The notes below the pieces were generated by a model. It saw only the letters and a list, made by a program, of their open reading frames with translations. It did no database searches and was not told the DNA's origin. Shown one piece after another: positions 57,673 through 64,000 of a DNA stretch of 64,000 nt. How positions within the stretch are numbered: position 1 is the first letter of the stretch; the number at the start of each line of letters is the position of its first letter. The stretch lies in NCBI RefSeq assembly GCF_009914755.1, contig NC_060934.1. One strand, written 5' to 3'. The stretch comes from the human T2T-CHM13v2.0 reference genome, Homo sapiens. The translations under genes and the position numbers were made by a program.

Positions 57673-58106
57673 AGGCCGGGTGTGGTGGCTCATGACTGTA
57701 AACCCAGTGCTTTGGGAGGCTAAAGCAGGAGGATTGTTTGAGCCCAGGATTTGGAGACCAACCTGGGCAGCATAGTGAGACCCCACTTTTATACAAATTT
57801 TTAAAATAATTCGGCCAGGCATGGTGGTGTGCACCTGTAGTCCCAGCTATTTGGGAGGCCGAGGCAGGAGAATCACTTGAGGCTAGGAGTTCGAGACCAA
57901 CTTGGGCAACACAGTGAGACTGTCTCGAAAAATAAATAAATACATTAGCCGGGCACGGTGGTGTGCAGCTTTATTTCTAGCTGCTTGGGAGGCTGAGGCA
58001 GGAGGATCACTTGAGCCCAGGAGTTTGAATTGCAGTGACAGCTATAATCAAGCCACTGCACATCATAAGCCTAGGTGACAGAGCGAAACCATCTCTAAAA
58101 AAAAAA
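57673..58106 (+). mobile_element. AluJ-derived three-monomer structure
   Basis: Monomers start near 57673, 57812 and 57947. Confidence 0.85.
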
Positions 58107-58949
58107 GGTAAAATTTTTTATTTTTACATATTTGTAACCACAAGATGGCACCAATTTCCCATTTAAAAGCTTGGCATATGGGTGTTTTTCATTTTTTACA
58201 TATTTTTCCAAGATTACAAGCTGTTGGGTGAGGTTTGGTTACCACCTTCCCTCAAATATGGACTCCTAGACTATAAAACTAGGGCCATTGCATTAAGTAA
58301 GAATCCATATGTGCAATTAGGTTTGTAATTTGCATTCTCTGTATCACGACTTCAATGTGGAAGGAGTGACTCTAATGAATAAGGACGAATGCTTAGTGCA
58401 TTTCTTCACAAATGTTAAGTTCCAGAGTAAGTTTCAAACCCAAAGCCACATATTGGCAATTTTATGAGGCTTCTCTCATGCAAAGTCCTCAGATCTTTGT
58501 TCTTGAAAAGGAAAAAACTGTATGACTACACCTATTCACCACCCAGCCAATTAAAAGCAGGAAGCACTTTGGATATCTGTTTGCATGCTTCAGGATCAGG
58601 CTATATGTGTTGTCTTTGTTATATGATTTCTAATGCATTTATGAGTTTTGATGGCCAAGACCAATAATCAAAGCAGATTGCATGTAATTACTCTCTTGGT
58701 AGTTTTTCTTGATTATCCCATAAATGGGATTTGCATTTCTGAAAATGCCTACAAAATAGAATTTGGCCAAACATTCTATGATCACATTTTCTGTGATGTT
58801 GGTTTTAAAGTGACTTGAAATTGTGAAATCCTTCTGTGTCAGTTTTATTGCTCTGAGACTCTAGCCTCTGGTGAGTTTGGGAGGGGGCCTGGAAATGAGA
58901 TGGCATCAGATTAAACGTGTCTGTTATATACTTATTTCTGTATTAATTT

Positions 58950-59480
58950 ACAGGTGTTAGAACATCTGCTCCAAAAGACTTCAGGCAAAGATGGAATTTA
59001 TTTTCTCACTTAACTGAAAAAGTCCACAGGTAGCCTTGCTGCCAGTATAGTTGGATTCTGGGCTCAAACAATATCGTTAGGGCTTGGGTGTTTTTTTTTT
59101 TTTTTTTTTTTTTTTCTGTGTTTCTCCTCTCTGCCTCCCGCTGGATTGAATTCATGTGCAACCTCCTCGTCATCACTTCTGGAACTTCTAGGCTCTCTGT
59201 GCTTTATGACAAGATGACTGCAGCAGTCCTAAGCTCAGGTGAGTCCAAGATGTAAGCCCAGTAGGAAACAGGGAGCTCTTTTGCTTACAAGGCTAGGAAT
59301 TATTCTTGTGTCTGCAAGCACCAAGGCCAGGGGAACGTGATGTGCTTACTGGCTTGGGCCTGAGACATGTGGTCCACGCCTGAGGCAGCAATAGAGCCCA
59401 CCTAGCGCACGTGAACTAGATTGAAGAAGGAATAATCTGCAAGTTAAGCTAGGAGGGCTGTTATCAGAATGGATGTGGCA
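58950..59480. mobile_element. Old MLT1 LTR
   Basis: ctcaaacaatatcgttagg...caagatgactgcagcagtcctaagctca...ggcttgggcctgagacatgtg is MLT1J/K-like. Confidence 0.55.
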
Positions 59481-59547
59481 AAATCTAATTCTAGAAAGGT
59501 TTTATATAGCCCTGAGCCTAAGCATAAAATATACTGAGTTCAGAGGT

Positions 59548-59906
59548 TGATATGGTTTGGCTCTCTCCCCATCCAAATTTCATCTTGAATTGTAGCTCCC
59601 ATAATTCCTACATGTTGTGGGAGGGGCCTGGAGGGAGATAATTTAATTAAGGGGGCGGTTTCACTCATATGCTTCTCGTGGAAGTAAGTCTCACGAGATC
59701 TGATGGCTTTATAAGGGGAATCCCCGTTTGCTTGGTTCTCATTTGCTGTTTGTCTGCTGCCATGTTAGATGTGCCTTCCACCTTCCGCCATGATTGTGAG
59801 GCCTCCCCAGCCATATGGAACTGTGAGTCCATTAAACCTCTTTTTCTTTATAAATTACCCAGTCTGGGGTATGTCTTTATCAGCAATGTGAAAACAGACT
59901 AATACA
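59548..59906 (+). mobile_element. THE1 solo LTR
   Basis: tgatatggtttggctc...cagcaatgtgaaaacagactaataca, 359 bp; TSD gaggt/gaggg. Confidence 0.92.
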
Positions 59907-61080
59907 GAGGGGTTCTTCATACCTTGAAAATATTATTCTTCGAGTGACAATTTTAAAATCTTTGGAAAATGACAAAGCTAACAGGTCGGTGACTGGGTCA
60001 TCACTTGCATTCTTACTTAGGGCAAACACTGGTAAAATTATGTAGGCAGAATTTTCTCTGGTGGCATCTCACATATCTTTTCTTTATTTATCCTCACTGG
60101 TATCTCTCAGTTGAGATACCAGTTCTCCAGTTCTTCTCCAGCATCTGTGTACATTCCAGAACTTTCTTACACCCTACCCTGGAAACTCATCTTTCCTGAA
60201 TATCCTTCGTGTTTGTTGTAATTTAGGGACTTGATATTACCTACTGGACTTTCAATGCTTTAATTCAAAGACTGACCAATAATATCGATTAATCCTATGC
60301 GTGTTCATATGACTCATTATGTTATGAACTTATTGAGTGCATGGAATATGTTTTATTCATCTCTGTGACTCATGCTTAGCTCTCAATAGACATTGGTAAA
60401 ATGAACAAAAAGATCTGAAATTTAAGACAGATGTTACCGGAGTCTGTTCTTCTCAGAGCTTGTAAACACTGCTTATGCTGACAAAGAATTCCTAACCTGC
60501 GTGCCTAATGATAGCTCTTAAAATATTGTTGCACATGGTGGTTAAGGCCAATACTGTAGGATCTACGGGAAAGCTACTACTGCAAGTGTTGTTTTGGGGC
60601 TTATCAAATGGTATCTTCTTTTCTAATTCATGTTAATCCTTTTGTATTCTTTCATTTTTAGAGGTAACAGGGAACCATCTTAGCTGTTCACATTACTTTC
60701 AAAAATAAGCTGGCACAGAACATTATGTGATCATCTATGAGTTTTCTTTTCTCTGGATTAGAGTAAAATAAATAGCTTGTGCCAGGTAAACAGCAGGGAT
60801 TGCACAGGTGAAATGTGGTAACCTGGGATTACTATTAAATGCAGGCACTTCATGGTCCATGCCTGGTAAAGAGATCAGAGGGCTATTCAAGTGAAGGATG
60901 ATTGGTTCCAAAGTGAGTATGATTGAATTAATGAGGAGATGTCTGGATTAATTTAGAAAATGTCTGATTAAGGATAATAAATAATATCAAATATTATCTA
61001 TAATTCATGCAAAGGGTTTAGTAGGAGACGTGTTGCCTAAATGTGGACAAGGGTCATAATTGTCCTTTTCTTTTCCTTAG

Positions 61081-61603
<523 letters not shown>

Positions 61604-61876
61604 TGATCTATTTGAGTTCATGTAGAAGGAGTATATTCTGAAGGCAAGTGCCACAGCATGTAGAAGTGTGCTTTGTTACAAGGGTGGGATTAAAATACTT
61701 GGAATCTCAATGGAAGAGAAAGGAGTATCTCTTGGAGTTTTGCAGGCAAATAGGCAAGTAGGCAATCTAAATGGGTTTATGCAAAGAGAAGCCAAATATA
61801 AAGTGGTTTTGGCCAGGAGTTCCCCGGCTAAGTCCAAGGGTATGAGTTGGCTGAGCCTATTGCCAGGGTGAGAAGG

Positions 61877-62156
61877 GTGCAGTGGCTCATGCCCGTAATC
61901 TCAGCATTTTTGGAGGCTGAGGCAGGTGGATTGCCTGAGTCCAGGAGTTTGAGACAAGCCTGGGCAACACAGAGAAACCCTGTCTCTACTAAAAATACAA
62001 AAAAATTAGCCAGGCATGGCCGTGCACCTGTAGTCCCAGCTACTCAGGAGGCTGAAGGAGAAACACCTGAGTCCGAGAGGTTGCGGCTGTAGTGAGCCAT
62101 GATTGCAACACTGCACTCCAGCCTGGGCAACCAGAGTGAGATCCTGTCTCAAAAAA
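61877..62156 (+). mobile_element. AluJ
   Basis: Alu dimer. Confidence 0.9.
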
Positions 62157-62413
62157 GAAGTCAAAGAGCTGTACTCAAAGTTAGGATCTCCTGGAAACAG
62201 TATTTTAAAGTGATGGGAGTACTGTGGGAGTTTGAGGAGGAAGAAAGAAGAGGATAGGGGAGGAGAAACATGCCCAAGGGAGAAACAAAAATATACAAGA
62301 CAACTCCACCTACTTCTCAGCTGCGGTCTGACTTTGCTGACATATTCCGGCTTGGCCAACTGTCCTCAGGCCTTCAAAAAGTGAATGAAGGGAACCAGTG
62401 AGGAACCACCTAA

Positions 62414-62712
<299 letters not shown>

Positions 62713-63010
62713 CTATAAGTGCTAATTTTCTAGCTACAGTCATGAGAACCTCCTATGTATGCCATACATTCTCTTTATCATCTGGTTTCCTCAAGAAGCA
62801 GGCATGCTTCTTGAATTTGCAAACAAAAGCTATTTTTACATGATTTTTCCTAACCCTGGATGATTTTTACATTCACTAAGACTTAGTTATTATTGGGCAA
62901 AAGCTGGTTAAGAAACATTGTTCATATATTTTTCTGAGTGCTTATGAGGGATACCTAAATATCAGTTTTTAAAAAACATTATTTGATAGGAAAATAATAT
63001 TAGGATAAGT

Positions 63011-63320
<310 letters not shown>

Positions 63321-63321
63321 A

Positions 63322-63529
63322 ACATATAGAAGTAGACAATAGAATGGTGGTTACCAAGAAACGGAGTTAGGGAGATACAGGAAGTTGTTGTTCAATGCAT
63401 GTAAAGTTACAGTTATACAAGATGAGTAAATTCCAGAGATCTGCTGTGCAACTTAGTATCTACAGTTGGCAATAAGGCATTGTGCACTTAAACATTTGTT
63501 AGGACAGTAGATCTCATGATAAGTGTTCC
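63322..63529 (+). mobile_element. L1MA/MB 3' end fragment
   Basis: atagaatggtggttacca...caagatgagtaaattccagagatctgctgtgcaac...gtagatctcatgataagtgttc. Confidence 0.8.
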
Positions 63530-64000
63530 TTTTTTTCTTATAGTATTGGCTTTACTGGTTTTTGGAATTAAAACCATCTTGTAACTATTAAGAATTAGGA
63601 AGAAGAAACAGTAGTAGAAGTTATAAAATCCCTCTGAAAGGGCAACTAATTTCTCATCAAAATTAAAAACCTTTAAAGTAGCTGAGGTAGTTGGAGTCAC
63701 TTTATGGGGAGGATGAAGTCAAGATAGGGTAAGGAGCATTCAGAAAGAATTATTTTCGGCAAGGTAAGATGTTTTTCCTTTCAGTAGGATGTATTCATAA
63801 AGCAAGGTAGTCACTAATAGCTGGCCTTTAAGACTTAACTGTAGTATGGATAGGGTTAGATACCCACTGCTTGAGCTTTTTAGTTGTACTCCAGGAATCT
63901 AAAATCTGTCCTGGCAATTAATGAATTAGAACATCCTTCTCACCCCGTCAATTGAAACTGAGAAGGTTTGTTCAAGGTATTTCCTACAATTTTCCCCAAA

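Overview
Primate (human-like) genomic DNA, dense in Alu, L1, L2, MIR and LTR repeats, with no intact protein-coding gene that I can support. The first ~32 kb is a duplication mosaic. An ANKRD30-like unprocessed pseudogene lies on the - strand (exons 2-7, 19439-29333). A ~4.3 kb inverted copy of its exon 5-6 region, including a U6 pseudogene, lies at ~640-4905. Between the two arms sits a CpG island followed by three splice-intact exons (8161-8413, 12335-12450, 13561-13689). These encode the N-terminus of a SelO/YdiU-family AMPylase paralogue that starts with a signal-peptide/signal-anchor-like segment, carries a 1-nt frameshift, and is truncated just before the GQLGDGR loop. Downstream are a full-length FAM210B retrocopy with target-site duplications (34975-38423, -), an ERV1 remnant, and an unidentified degenerate tandem array of ~1-1.8 kb units (43.5-49.3 kb) with two locally templated insertions. 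The rest is ordinary repeat-rich sequence. From memory this content suggests human 10p12.1 (FAM210CP/PTCHD3 neighbourhood), which I could not verify. Family assignments are from recalled sequences, and repeat subfamilies and boundaries are approximate.
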